Positions 28,087 through 38,105 of a stretch of 46,089 nucleotides of DNA are shown one piece after another. Source of the DNA: Desulfonatronovibrionaceae bacterium (GTDB taxonomy: Bacteria > Desulfobacterota > Desulfovibrionia > Desulfovibrionales > Desulfonatronovibrionaceae); contig JBKHGE010000016.1 of the NCBI GenBank assembly GCA_046539845.1, positions 1 to 46,089 on the forward strand. Direction: 5' to 3'. The position numbers and the translations under genes are program-made. A model generated the notes under the pieces. It saw only the letters and a program-made list of their open reading frames with translations, was not told the origin of the DNA and made no database searches. Each line of letters begins with the position of its first letter. Position 1 is the first letter of the stretch.

Positions 28087-29451
28087 TTACTCGCATTTCA
28101 CCCGCGCGGCCAGTCCGCCGGTGGAGGTCTCCCGATACTTGGGGGACATATCCCGGCCGGTCTCGTTCATGACCTCGATCACACTGTCCAGCTCCACCTT
28201 GTGGAAATGGGACATCTCGGTGGTGGCTATGCGGTATGCGGCATGGGCCTTGACCGCGGCCATGGCATTGCGCTCGATGCACGGGATCTGCACATACCCG
28301 CCCACCGGATCGCAGGTAAGACCCAGATGGTGCTCCAGGGCGCTTTCGGCCGCGTTTTCCGTCTGCTCCGCATCCCGGGTGTGCGCATAAGTAAGCATGG
28401 CCGCGGCCATGGCCGAGGCCACCCCCACCTCGCCCTGACAGCCCACGTCCGCCCCGGCGATGCTGGCGTTGTGCTTGACGATCATGCCCACTGCCGCTGC
28501 AGCCAGGAGTCCCTCGCGGACGGCCCGGTACTCGAAACCCAGGTGATATTTCATGGCCTGGTACACGGCCGGGAGCACCCCGGCCGAACCGCAGGTGGGG
28601 GCGGTGACTATCGGCTGTCCGGAGGCATTTTCCTCGGAAGCGGCAAACGCATAAGCGCAAAGAGAGGTGGTAAATTGGCCGGCCGGATTTTCCATGTTCA
28701 CTGCCCGTTGGTACAGGGCCTTGGCCTTGCGGTGTAGCTTCAAGCGGCCGGGAAGTAATCCTTCCGCGGCCAACCCGCGTTTGACCGAGTTCTCCATTAC
28801 CTGGAGCACGGTGTCCAGATCCCGGAATATCTGCTCTTGATCCGCACCGGTTATGGCTTCCTCGTTTTCCAGGATCATCTCGTGCAAAGAGATTCCCTTT
28901 TCTCTTAAAACCCGTTTTAGCCCCACACCGTTTTCATAGCAGTGCCTCGGAGCAGAATGCCTTTCTTCCGGCTTACCCTCCCAATGCACAAAACCCCCGC
29001 CCACAGAATGATACTCGCGCTCGAAAAGCGTCTCCCTCCCAGAAAGAAGCGACAAGACAAGGGTGTTGCTGTAGGCGAGCTCACACGGGGCGCAGTCAAA
29101 GACGATATCCGCCCCGGAGACAGAAATGTCATTTGTCCCTAAATCTACGGAATATACCTCCTCCCCGCGGGGCAGAAGCCCACCCAAAACACCCGGGGGA
29201 CAGGTCCGGGGCCGGTAGCCCAGGAGGCCGGCCATAACCGCCTTGTCCGTCTTGTGCCCCCGGCCGGTTGCGGCCAGAGAGCCCATAAGCCGCACCTGAA
29301 TGCGCTCAGCCCTTTTCAGGTCCTTTGCCGGCAGCTCCCGCACCGTGTGCAGGAAATTGTAGCCGGCCCGCATGGGGCCTATGGTATGCGAACTGGACGG
29401 CCCGGGCCCGATCTCCAGAAGGTCGAAAACGGAATAGTTGATGCAACCCAT
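28087..29451 (-). CDS. sdaA: L-serine ammonia-lyase, Fe-S dependent, single chain
   Basis: IGPGPSSSHTIGPMRA, GSLAATGRGH, VTAPTCGSAG, GCQGEVG, HHLGLTCDP...QIPCIERNA, YRETSTGGLA. Confidence 0.95.
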   Translation of the reverse strand: MGCINYSVFDLLEIGPGPSSSHTIGPMRAGYNFLHTVRELPAKDLKRAERIQVRLMGSLAATGRGHKTDKAVMAGLLGYRPRTCPPGVLGGLLPRGEEVYSVDLGTNDISVSGADIVFDCAPCELAYSNTLVLSLLSGRETLFEREYHSVGGGFVHWEGKPEERHSAPRHCYENGVGLKRVLREKGISLHEMILENEEAITGADQEQIFRDLDTVLQVMENSVKRGLAAEGLLPGRLKLHRKAKALYQRAVNMENPAGQFTTSLCAYAFAASEENASGQPIVTAPTCGSAGVLPAVYQAMKYHLGFEYRAVREGLLAAAAVGMIVKHNASIAGADVGCQGEVGVASAMAAAMLTYAHTRDAEQTENAAESALEHHLGLTCDPVGGYVQIPCIERNAMAAVKAHAAYRIATTEMSHFHKVELDSVIEVMNETGRDMSPKYRETSTGGLAARVKCE

Positions 29452-29523
29452 ATCTCCCCCTGTTTTATTGTCGCCGGGGCGCGCTCCCCGGACTTTCTGC
29501 TTTAGGGGTCAAAAGTACCGCAA

Positions 29524-29714
29524 TCAGACTGTCTCCGCAATTCGGCCGCAGCAATAAGTGGCAAAGGGCATGGACGCGGTCAGGGTACTTTCCTTGTCCA
29601 CAAACGCTATCGAGGAATCCGGGTAGCGGCTACGGAGTTCCAGGGCGATATTCAGGCCCAATATTTCGGCTCCGATGACTATAAAATCATTTTTTTCACT
29701 TTCTTACCGCTCAT
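29524..29714 (-). pseudogene. Internally deleted FAD-dependent oxidoreductase (L-2-hydroxyglutarate oxidase, LhgO-like)
   Basis: After a frameshift at an A7 run the frame reads NDFIVIGAEILGLNIALELRSRYPDSSIAFVDKE (Rossmann N-terminus). This is joined directly to LTASMPFATYCCGRIAETV*, which resembles the LhgO C-terminus. Confidence 0.6.
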
Positions 29715-29844
29715 GCATTTTTTTGTGCCTCCTGGACGATTGATGCGGATTTTTTTCCGCCCCATCCCACCGGAGCGCTGTCCCGCAGGACGGCCGCTGG
29801 CAATTTGCAACCCTGCCGGGGACTTTGCTCCCGGCTTCGGCCGG

Positions 29845-32800
29845 CTAGTTTTTGCGCCGGATGTTCCCCTGCCCGATCTCAAATGCCGCGGCCTCAGGGG
29901 CGGCGTTTTTAAACACATCCAAGGTCTGGGGATGACAGGTAAAATAAAGAACCTGGCTCTCCCGGGCCATCTCAGCTATGGCCTCTGCGGCATTTTCCGC
30001 CCGAAAGGGGTCGAAATTGACCAAAATGTCGTCCATGATCACAGGCAGGCGCTCTCCCTGCCGCCCGGAATTGTCTATATACCCGAAACGCAGGGACAGA
30101 TACAGCTGCTCCGCGGTGCCCCGGCTCAGATCCTCCGGGCTGACGGACTTGCCTTCGGCATCAACGGCATACACGGAATTCTCTCCCAGAGGAGCGAACA
30201 CCCCGGTGTAGGCCCCGGCTGTGATCCGGGCCAGATACCGCCCGGCCGTGCGCACCACCTGCGGCTGCTGCTCTTTTTCGTATTTTTCCCGGGCCCGGCG
30301 CAAGAGATGCTCGACAAGCACATATTTGCACCACCGCCGCGAAGCACGGTTTAAATCCTCTAAAAGAGACTCCTTTTTCTGCTGCAGACGGGACAGATCA
30401 TCATCCGAGGCCAGCCTGTCCTTTTCCGCCTTCAGCTCCCCGCTTCTCTGGAGATTTTCCTGGTGCCGGGCTTCTTCCTCCTCCATCTCCCGCTTCAGGC
30501 GGGCGATCTCTTCTTCCAGAGCCGGCAGGCTCCAGGCGGAGAAGAGTTCCTTTACCCGCTCCATATCGCTTTCCCCGGTCCCACGCTTGAGTCCGCGGTC
30601 CAGATCCTGCAGCCGGTCCAAAAGAGTCTGCCTTTTCTCCAGGACCCGCCCCCGGCGCAAAAATTCCTGGGCATCAGGGACATCCGCAGCCTCCAGGAGT
30701 TCCTCCTCCCCGGATTTTGCCTCTTGGATTTCCCCATCTATCTCCTGCAAGGCCTTTTCCTTCTGCCTGAGTTGCCCGGAAAGCTCCCTGTGGCTGGCAA
30801 AGTCGGATCTGGCCCCATCCAGATCCTGCATTAGCTTGTGCACAAAGGCGGGCAGGGAGGACTCCTGCGGCTCCTCCCGGCCCAGCTCCGCGGCCAGCGC
30901 CCTTGCCCGGGAAATAAAATCCTGCCTGCGCTTTTCATACTGCTTTTTCTTGTCCTCAAGCTCGGTCTGCTCCCGAATAATAGCCTGCGCCCTTTCGATA
31001 TCCGCAAGTGCCTCCCGAGCCAGATCTGGGGTAAATTCCGGGTCCAGGGCAATGCTTTCCAGATACCGGCTCCAGGCTGTTTTCCGCTTTTCAAGTTTCT
31101 CCCGGGCGTGCTTTTCATCCTGCTCAACCTGTTGCAAGGCCTCTTGCAGACGGGAATACTCCCCGGACAGCCTCTCCACCTCTTTTTTCGCCGCCTGATG
31201 ATCTGTGAGCCTCTGTTTTTCCTGTTCCGCCTTTTGCAGATAATTGTCCGCCGCCGCGAGCACAGTCCCGGAGTTCTCGTCTTTCAGGCCGGGGTCAGCG
31301 CAGGTCCGGGCCACTTCCGAAATAAAACCGTGCATGAATTCATGCAGCTTTTCCAGGCGATCCTCAGCCCCGCGCAGATGATTTATCTGGGCCCGGACCG
31401 TTTCCACCCGGTCCACCAGTCTTGCGGCCACTGTCGGGTCCAGGTCCGGGTCCAGGTCCATGCCGGTCAACTCCGAATTCCAGGCCCGGCGAAGATCATC
31501 CGTTTCCGCGTTTTTCTTTTCCCACAACTCCTTTAGACTCTCCATTTCCCGGGTGAGCTTTTCCCGCTGCCGGGCAAGTTCCTCCTTTTCCTCCCGGAGA
31601 TGACTTATCCGCTGCAGGACCTCCCGGGCATGCTCCAGTTCGTTTTCCACCCTGCCCCAAGATTCGTCCCCGGACAGCCCCAGACGCTCTCTTATGTCCC
31701 GTATTTGCTCCCCGAGCTCCCTTTTCCCCCGCTCATATTTCGTGAGTTCCTCTTCCATCTTTTCCCGCTGTCCGTACATGGCCCGGCGCCTTTTTTCCTG
31801 ATCCGCGGCCAGACTCCGAAAAAAAAGTTTTTTGCCCGCATGCACTCCGAAAAAGGCCAGTCCGCCAAGGCCGAAGATGGCCGCGGCCAACCAGGAGTAA
31901 ACCGGGAAAGTCCCGCGCAACCCGAACAAAAAAGCCCCCGCGCAAAAGACAAATGCGGCCACGCCTGCAAACAGAAAGGTTCGCCTGCCCGGAGCGCTTA
32001 TTTCCGGCAACTCCGCCAGCTCCCGATCCAGTGCGGTCAGCCTGTCCCGGAGGGACGCGGATTTTACCTCCAGGGTGTTCAGTTCCGCGCCCTTTTTTTG
32101 CATCTCCTTCAGCCCGGCGGCTGCATCCCGGACCTCCTCCGGGGAGGTAAAACGACCGGGCGTGGTTTCCTGCAGGGCCTTTTTCGCTTTTTCCTCCCGT
32201 TCCTGCACACCATCCAGGGATTCCCGGACGCTTTCCAGCTTTTGCTCCAGCTGCAAAAGTTCCCGGTCTCCCCGGGCGAAGCCCTTGCGGAACTCCTCGA
32301 TTTTTTCCCTGACCTTTAGCGAGGTATCGAACTTTTCCGCATCTTCCCGGGACCACCGCGGATTTATCTCTGCCAAAATCCGCCTGCTTTCTTCCAGCCC
32401 GCGTTTTTTCTCCTGTTCCCTAACCGGAAGTTCCTCAGCGGCCTGGGCAAAACGGTCCCGGTCCCGCCTTATTTTCCCGGCCAGATCCGGATCAAAGGCC
32501 GGGTCTTTCGACCCCAGAGCGGCCAGATCCTCCCGGGCTTTTTTAAGCGCCTCCCCGGCGCGGACAAGCTCCCCATTGCGCGTTTCAGCCTCGGCCGAGG
32601 CCCGGTCTACCTCTTTTTCCAGCTCCTGCAGGTCGTGTTTGAATCGGGAGATGCTGTCCTTCACCTTGAGCGAGCAGTCGAATCCGCTTATCTTTTCCCG
32701 GTCCCAGCCCCCCCCCAGGCGGCGCAGAACCGACCGGATCCCTTCCCGGCGGGCCTCTATCTCCGGCTCCAGCCGGGCGAGCTCTTCCCCGGCCTCGACA

Positions 32801-33792
32801 AAACGCGTTTTTTCCTCGGCCAGCCAGCGGACCTGGTTTTCCTGCTCCAGAAGTTCTTGGTCCGGCGCGAGCTTGTCCAGGCGATACCTGATATCCTCGA
32901 TCTCCAGGACCAGTTTCCTGCGGCTGCTTTCCAGCTCCTCCAGCCTGCGGCGGATTTCCTCATACCGGGCCAGGCCGTTTTCCGGGAAATCTCCTGTGGT
33001 CGGGAGTTCCTCCAGTTCCCGGGTTATGCCCGTGCGTTCCGTCCACTCCTCCCACAGATCGCGCATGCCCCTGAGTCCAGTCAGGCGGGCCTGCAATGAG
33101 GAAAGCTCTTTTTTTCGCCTTTTGTTTTCTTCCCCCAGCTCTTCTAGTTCCAGGACCACCCGGTCGTAGGCCTGGATATCCCCGGAGGCCCGGGTGATTT
33201 CCTTGTCCACATCCTCCAGATTTTTCACCAGCCTGTTTATTTCCTGCTGCTGACCTCCGGATTTGAACAGCTTCTCCTTTTCCCCCTTCAAAGACTTGAG
33301 CACCTCCGGCAGGGAGGACAGCCCGGTGCCCAGACCGGCGCTGTAGATGGCGTCCCGAACCCGGTCGCTGCTCAGGCTGTCCATGGTCTGCAGCTCGCTT
33401 AAACTGAAAGCATACACGTTTTTGTACACTTCCCGGGTAGTACCGGCCAACAAACGGGGGAGCGCTCCCTGGTCCAGGGGTCTGCCGTCCGGGCCGAACA
33501 TGTCCAACCGCCCTCCTTTGGGGCCGCTTCCGCGGTCCATTACGATCCGGCCCAACTCCCGCGTATCCAGGGTAATGCTCCCTCCCCAGTCCCCGCCGGC
33601 GAGGGCGGGATAGGTCTTTTCCCTGTGCCTTTTGTCCGGGGCCCCAAAAAAGACATCCCGGATAAAACTCAGGCAGGTGGACTTCCCGGCCTCGTTGTCT
33701 CCCAGAAAAAGACACAGCCCCGGAGAAAGACCCTTTACCCGGCAGTGATTAAAAATGCCGTATCCGCGCAGATTGAATTCAGTAATATGCAT
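29845..33792 (-). CDS. YhaN-type (AAA_27) SMC/Rad50-like ATPase with central TM hairpin
   Basis: Walker A GDNEAGKST; long coiled coils; signature LSRGTAEQLY; Walker B/D-loop VIMDDILVNFD; FTCH. Confidence 0.88.
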   Translation of the reverse strand: MHITEFNLRGYGIFNHCRVKGLSPGLCLFLGDNEAGKSTCLSFIRDVFFGAPDKRHREKTYPALAGGDWGGSITLDTRELGRIVMDRGSGPKGGRLDMFGPDGRPLDQGALPRLLAGTTREVYKNVYAFSLSELQTMDSLSSDRVRDAIYSAGLGTGLSSLPEVLKSLKGEKEKLFKSGGQQQEINRLVKNLEDVDKEITRASGDIQAYDRVVLELEELGEENKRRKKELSSLQARLTGLRGMRDLWEEWTERTGITRELEELPTTGDFPENGLARYEEIRRRLEELESSRRKLVLEIEDIRYRLDKLAPDQELLEQENQVRWLAEEKTRFVEAGEELARLEPEIEARREGIRSVLRRLGGGWDREKISGFDCSLKVKDSISRFKHDLQELEKEVDRASAEAETRNGELVRAGEALKKAREDLAALGSKDPAFDPDLAGKIRRDRDRFAQAAEELPVREQEKKRGLEESRRILAEINPRWSREDAEKFDTSLKVREKIEEFRKGFARGDRELLQLEQKLESVRESLDGVQEREEKAKKALQETTPGRFTSPEEVRDAAAGLKEMQKKGAELNTLEVKSASLRDRLTALDRELAELPEISAPGRRTFLFAGVAAFVFCAGAFLFGLRGTFPVYSWLAAAIFGLGGLAFFGVHAGKKLFFRSLAADQEKRRRAMYGQREKMEEELTKYERGKRELGEQIRDIRERLGLSGDESWGRVENELEHAREVLQRISHLREEKEELARQREKLTREMESLKELWEKKNAETDDLRRAWNSELTGMDLDPDLDPTVAARLVDRVETVRAQINHLRGAEDRLEKLHEFMHGFISEVARTCADPGLKDENSGTVLAAADNYLQKAEQEKQRLTDHQAAKKEVERLSGEYSRLQEALQQVEQDEKHAREKLEKRKTAWSRYLESIALDPEFTPDLAREALADIERAQAIIREQTELEDKKKQYEKRRQDFISRARALAAELGREEPQESSLPAFVHKLMQDLDGARSDFASHRELSGQLRQKEKALQEIDGEIQEAKSGEEELLEAADVPDAQEFLRRGRVLEKRQTLLDRLQDLDRGLKRGTGESDMERVKELFSAWSLPALEEEIARLKREMEEEEARHQENLQRSGELKAEKDRLASDDDLSRLQQKKESLLEDLNRASRRWCKYVLVEHLLRRAREKYEKEQQPQVVRTAGRYLARITAGAYTGVFAPLGENSVYAVDAEGKSVSPEDLSRGTAEQLYLSLRFGYIDNSGRQGERLPVIMDDILVNFDPFRAENAAEAIAEMARESQVLYFTCHPQTLDVFKNAAPEAAAFEIGQGNIRRKN

Positions 33793-33803
33793 GTCCGGCT
33801 GCC

Positions 33804-35069
33804 TTACTCCTCTCCGGGTTCCAGTCTGTCCGCGGCCAGAAGCTCGGCCCGGCGCAGGAGTTCCTCCGCCTCACCCAAATCGAGCTGGCGCAAATATTTC
33901 CCGGCCCGGCGGTGCCCGAAAAGCTCGGAGAAGACCTCATTGCGCAGAAACTCCAGCTTATCCGATCTGTTCTTGACTTCCTCGGCCCGGGATAAGACCT
34001 CGCCCAGAAAATCCTGTTTGTTTCGTCTGGATTCAAGATCGATTTCCGGAGCGGTGTAAGGGATGAGGTCCTTAATCCACACCAGGGGTGAAGAGCCGGT
34101 GAGCTGCTCCCGGAGGCGCTGCAAAAAATCCTCCCGGGCTTTGTCCTCGCTCAAATAATGATGCATGGGGCCGCGACCGCTCAAAACCACCCTGCACACC
34201 AGCCCCCGCTGTCCGGCTTCGGACTGTTCGGCCTCGATAAGTCCGAGTATCTTTTCCTCCAGGCGGTTCAGCGCGGTTATATCCCGGATATCCGTATCCA
34301 CACAGGCCCAGCGGAACCTGTCCAGGGCATGAAAAACCGGGGCAACCGCTCCATTTTCCTGGACATCAACCACAAAACATCCCCGGGGGCCGATTTCTTT
34401 TACGCTCAGTCCCTGAATATTCCCCGAATAGACTACATACGGCTGCTCACACCACACGCCTCCGGTGTGCACATGTCCAAGCGCCCAGTAATCCAGACCG
34501 GATTGGATCAGGTCTGAGAAATCGCACGGGGCATAAGGATCATGCCCGGTATTTTGACCCACGTTGCAGTGCAATAAACCGATCTGAAATACATCCCGGG
34601 GGTCGCGGACAAATCTTTTGGCCAGATTCCGGACTTCCCCGGTTTTCATATGACTGGCCCCGTGAATGAGGGCCAGGGCCTCGCTGTTGCGGAAAAAAGG
34701 GATACACTCCGGCTCATCGGATTTAAATATGTGCGTGTTTTCCGGCCAGTCCACGGCCCGGGAGAAACTACCCGCCGGGTCATGGTTGCCGTGCACGACA
34801 AATACGGGGATATTGTGCCCGGCCAGTTCAGCCAGGCCGTCCCTAAAGGCGAGCTGAGCCCGGAGGCTGCTTTTTTCCTGATTAAAGACATCCCCGGAAA
34901 CAAGGAGAAAGTCAGCCTCTTTTTCCAGGCAGAGGTTTACCAGGTTGGCAAAGGCGTCAAAGGTGGCCCGGCAAAGGGCGGTGCCCATGTCCTCGGAATC
35001 CAGGCTCAATCCCCTAAACGGGGCGTCCAGATGCAGGTCGGCGGCATGGACAAAACGCAGATGGGGCAT
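33804..35069 (-). CDS. YhaO-type Mre11/SbcD metallophosphoesterase (DNA repair nuclease)
   Basis: ADLHLD, SGDVF, GNHD, LLH, YWALGHVH, YSGNIQG; 11 bp upstream of yhaN. Confidence 0.9.
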   Translation of the reverse strand: MPHLRFVHAADLHLDAPFRGLSLDSEDMGTALCRATFDAFANLVNLCLEKEADFLLVSGDVFNQEKSSLRAQLAFRDGLAELAGHNIPVFVVHGNHDPAGSFSRAVDWPENTHIFKSDEPECIPFFRNSEALALIHGASHMKTGEVRNLAKRFVRDPRDVFQIGLLHCNVGQNTGHDPYAPCDFSDLIQSGLDYWALGHVHTGGVWCEQPYVVYSGNIQGLSVKEIGPRGCFVVDVQENGAVAPVFHALDRFRWACVDTDIRDITALNRLEEKILGLIEAEQSEAGQRGLVCRVVLSGRGPMHHYLSEDKAREDFLQRLREQLTGSSPLVWIKDLIPYTAPEIDLESRRNKQDFLGEVLSRAEEVKNRSDKLEFLRNEVFSELFGHRRAGKYLRQLDLGEAEELLRRAELLAADRLEPGEE

Positions 35070-35466
35070 CAAAATCCCTTTATCATGCTTTGGCTCCCGG
35101 GGACTTTAAATACATTCTTCACAATTGTCCCTCCGGATATTTTTTTTCAGAGCAAACGACGGGCCGGGGCGGCCGACAAAAATCCGAGGTTTTCGAGGCT
35201 GCCCGGGAATATTTTGGTTTTTCGATATCTGAAATGGATTTTATCCACCTGATCCTCTTGTGAATAGTCCCGGGGGCATTTTTTGTCAAAAACTTGGGCA
35301 TTTGTTTTCCCCCGGCCCAAAACAGGCAGGCTTATGCCCCTATTGCCAATCGCCTGACTATGCCTTATTCTGCCGCCTGCATTTTACGCCATTAAATCCG
35401 CGCCGACCCGAGACAATCCTGTCCCCATCGGGCCGGACCGCGGGAGCATTTGTTTGGAAACTGGAA

Positions 35467-36894
35467 ATGACCCATTATATTCACCTTTTCTCGGCGGGAA
35501 TCTTGTTATTCACGATTTCGGCCTGTACTATGCTCGATCCGGCCCCGCCCGATGATCCGGCCGGGGAGCTTCCCCCTTCTTATGTGGAGACAGGTATCCA
35601 AAACTCCACCCATGCGGATATGTGGTGGAAAGAGTTTGACAGTCCGGAACTAAACAGGCTGATAGACGAGGCTCTGTCCTCGAACCTGAACCTGCGGCAG
35701 GCCTGGGCCAGACTGAAGCAGGCCCGGGCCTCCGCAGTCATCGCCGGTGCGGATCAGTGGCCGGATCTGGAGCTTTCCGGGGAAGTCTCCCACGCCCAAG
35801 AGCACAAGAATACTCCGGGCGGGGACACGGAGATCACCAAAAAAAACCGGGCTCTGGGTCTGGTCAGTCAGTATGAACTGGATCTGTGGGGCCGGGTACG
35901 GGCCGGGAAAAAAAGCGGTGAGCTAGAAGAAAAAGCCACCCGGGAGGACTTAAAGAGCGCGGCCATGACTGTTTCCGCGGAAGTGGCCCAAAACTGGGTC
36001 CGGCTGGTACATGAAAGGAAGAAAGAACAACTCTTAAAAGAGCAGACCGAAACCAGCCGAAAATATCTGGAATTGACCCGCATGCGCTTTGTAAACGGAA
36101 TGAATACCGCCCTGGATGTCTTGCAGCAACAAGAGAACCTGGAGGGGACAAGATCCCGCCTCCCGGGCTCGGCCTCGGCTCAACGGCAGTACACGCACAA
36201 ACTGGCCTTTCTTTTGGCCCGCCCACAGAGCAGCCTGCCCCAAAGCACCCGGAGCAGTCTTCCCGAACCCGGATCACCACCCAAAACCGGGATCCCGGCC
36301 CGACTATTGAGCCAGCGCCCGGATATCCGGGCCGCCTGGAACAGACTCCGGGAGTCCGAATGGGAACTGACAGCGGCCAAAGCCGATCTCTTGCCCCGCA
36401 TCACCCTGACCGCAAGACACGAATACTCTGCTGAGCAGTTCAACACCCTGTTTCAGAACTGGATCACCTCTCTGGCCGCCGGTCTTACCGCCCCGCTTTT
36501 TGACGGCAAGCGCCGAACCGCAGAGGTGGACCGGACCCGGGCGGTAGTCGAGGAACGCCTACACGCCTATCAAGAGACCGTGCTCACGGCCATAAACGAA
36601 GTCGAGGACAGCCTGAGCGACGAACGCTGGCAGAGGCGGTACATATCCAGACTGGAAACCAGACTGGAATCCGCGCGCATCGCCCTGGACCAGGCCAAGT
36701 CCCAGTATATAAACGGGATGAGCGACTATCTGCCGGTTTTGACCGAGCTCAAATCCGTCCAGGACCTGGAACTCGAACTCTTGGATGCGCGCAAGGACCT
36801 CCTTCTCTACCGTATCGCCCTATACCGGGCTTTGGGCGGGACATGGACCGATAAACTGGGAGAACAAGGACTTATACATTCAGTACAGGACTAA
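35467..36894 (+). CDS. RND efflux outer-membrane factor lipoprotein (NodT/OprM type)
   Basis: ISAC lipobox after MTHYIHLF; WWKEFDSPELNRLI, YELDLWG, RPDIRAA, LYRALGG. Start moved from the track's 35260. Confidence 0.9.
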   Translation: MTHYIHLFSAGILLFTISACTMLDPAPPDDPAGELPPSYVETGIQNSTHADMWWKEFDSPELNRLIDEALSSNLNLRQAWARLKQARASAVIAGADQWPDLELSGEVSHAQEHKNTPGGDTEITKKNRALGLVSQYELDLWGRVRAGKKSGELEEKATREDLKSAAMTVSAEVAQNWVRLVHERKKEQLLKEQTETSRKYLELTRMRFVNGMNTALDVLQQQENLEGTRSRLPGSASAQRQYTHKLAFLLARPQSSLPQSTRSSLPEPGSPPKTGIPARLLSQRPDIRAAWNRLRESEWELTAAKADLLPRITLTARHEYSAEQFNTLFQNWITSLAAGLTAPLFDGKRRTAEVDRTRAVVEERLHAYQETVLTAINEVEDSLSDERWQRRYISRLETRLESARIALDQAKSQYINGMSDYLPVLTELKSVQDLELELLDARKDLLLYRIALYRALGGTWTDKLGEQGLIHSVQD

Positions 36895-36896
36895 AG

Positions 36897-38102
36897 ATGA
36901 ACACGGACAAAAAAGTACACAAGCCCTCCCGAATGAAGACAATACTCAAGATCGCCCTGCCCCTGGCAATAATCGGAGTGGGGCTCTTGGGGGGAAGATG
37001 GCTGTATATGACCCGGCCGCAGCCGCAGAAGGCGACGCCCAAGGATAAGGCCCCGCTGGTCCGGGTGGAGGAGACGCAGGCAGTAGATCACCGGGTCCAG
37101 ATACCGGCCATGGGCAAGGTGGTCCCAGCCAGACAGATCACCCTGAACTCCCGGGTGGCCGGGGAAGTGATCCAAGTGGCCGAGCAGTTTATCCCCGGCG
37201 GGAATTTGGAGAAAGGGCAGGAGATACTGCGCATCGACCCCAGCGACCACCGGCTTAAACTTGCCCAGGCCGAATCCGACCTGGTCGAGGCCGAATATTC
37301 CCTGCGGGTGGAACAGGGCAAACAAAACGTGGCCCAACGTGAATGGGAGCTGTTAAGCAAACAGAGCCCGGAGGAGAAGGCCGATCCCGACCTGGCTTTG
37401 CGCCGGCCGCATTTGCGCAAGGCCAAGGCAGACATCAAAAGGGCCGAAGCCAAACTGGAGCAGGCCAGGCTGGATCTGGAGCGCACCCGGATCAAAGCCC
37501 CGTTCAACGCGATCGTCAAAGACAAAAAAGTGGATCTGGGTTCCAGGCTTTCCGCCCAGGGGGAAATAGCCGAACTGGTAGGTACAGACCACTTCTGGAT
37601 CCGGGTCCAGATCCCGACCAGCCGCCTGAATTGGTTCGACATCCCCGGCCGGAGCCGGGAAAAAGGTGCTGCCGTGGAAGTGGAAGAGGTAAACGGTGCC
37701 CCGGCCCAAAAACGCCAGGGCCGTGTGGTCCGACTCCTTTCCGATCTGGAGGAGGAAGGCCGCATGGCCCGGGTCCTGGTCCGGATAGACGACCCCTTGA
37801 ACCTGAAGCAGCCTGCAAACTCTCCCCCGATTTTGACCGGGAGTTTCGCCCGGGTGCACATCCTGGGTAAAGAACTCAAGGACGTAGTGCCCATACCCAG
37901 GGACGCTTGGCGGGACAATAACCAAATCTGGCTCGCAGACCCCGAAGACCGGCTGGTGATCCGCTCCGCGGAGCCGATCTGGAAAGGTTCGGAATATATC
38001 TACATACCCAATGACATCGCTGATGGACACCGCCTAGTGGTCAGCGACATCCCCGCCCCGGCCGAGGGCATGAAACTGCGGATAACAGGGGAAGCAGACT
38101 AG
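36897..38102 (+). CDS. RND efflux periplasmic adaptor (MFP)
   Basis: N-terminal TM; lipoyl halves (SRVAGEV..., RTRIKAPFNA) around a helical hairpin. Confidence 0.92.
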   Translation: MNTDKKVHKPSRMKTILKIALPLAIIGVGLLGGRWLYMTRPQPQKATPKDKAPLVRVEETQAVDHRVQIPAMGKVVPARQITLNSRVAGEVIQVAEQFIPGGNLEKGQEILRIDPSDHRLKLAQAESDLVEAEYSLRVEQGKQNVAQREWELLSKQSPEEKADPDLALRRPHLRKAKADIKRAEAKLEQARLDLERTRIKAPFNAIVKDKKVDLGSRLSAQGEIAELVGTDHFWIRVQIPTSRLNWFDIPGRSREKGAAVEVEEVNGAPAQKRQGRVVRLLSDLEEEGRMARVLVRIDDPLNLKQPANSPPILTGSFARVHILGKELKDVVPIPRDAWRDNNQIWLADPEDRLVIRSAEPIWKGSEYIYIPNDIADGHRLVVSDIPAPAEGMKLRITGEAD

Positions 38103-38105
38103 CCA

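Noticed and set aside
31435..31458. 12-bp tandem repeat CGGGTCCAGGTC
   Set aside because: Only two copies, encoding DLDP-DLDP; not an array.
32708..32716. C9 run inside yhaN as a phase-variation site
   Set aside because: The frame is intact, the run encodes Gly codons, and nine bases is unremarkable in GC-rich DNA without read data.
30221..33169. Long antisense ORFs (325, 364 aa) and similar ones at 14013-14954, 24702-25685 and 39135-40160
   Set aside because: Shadows of GC-rich coding genes, with biased composition and no motifs.
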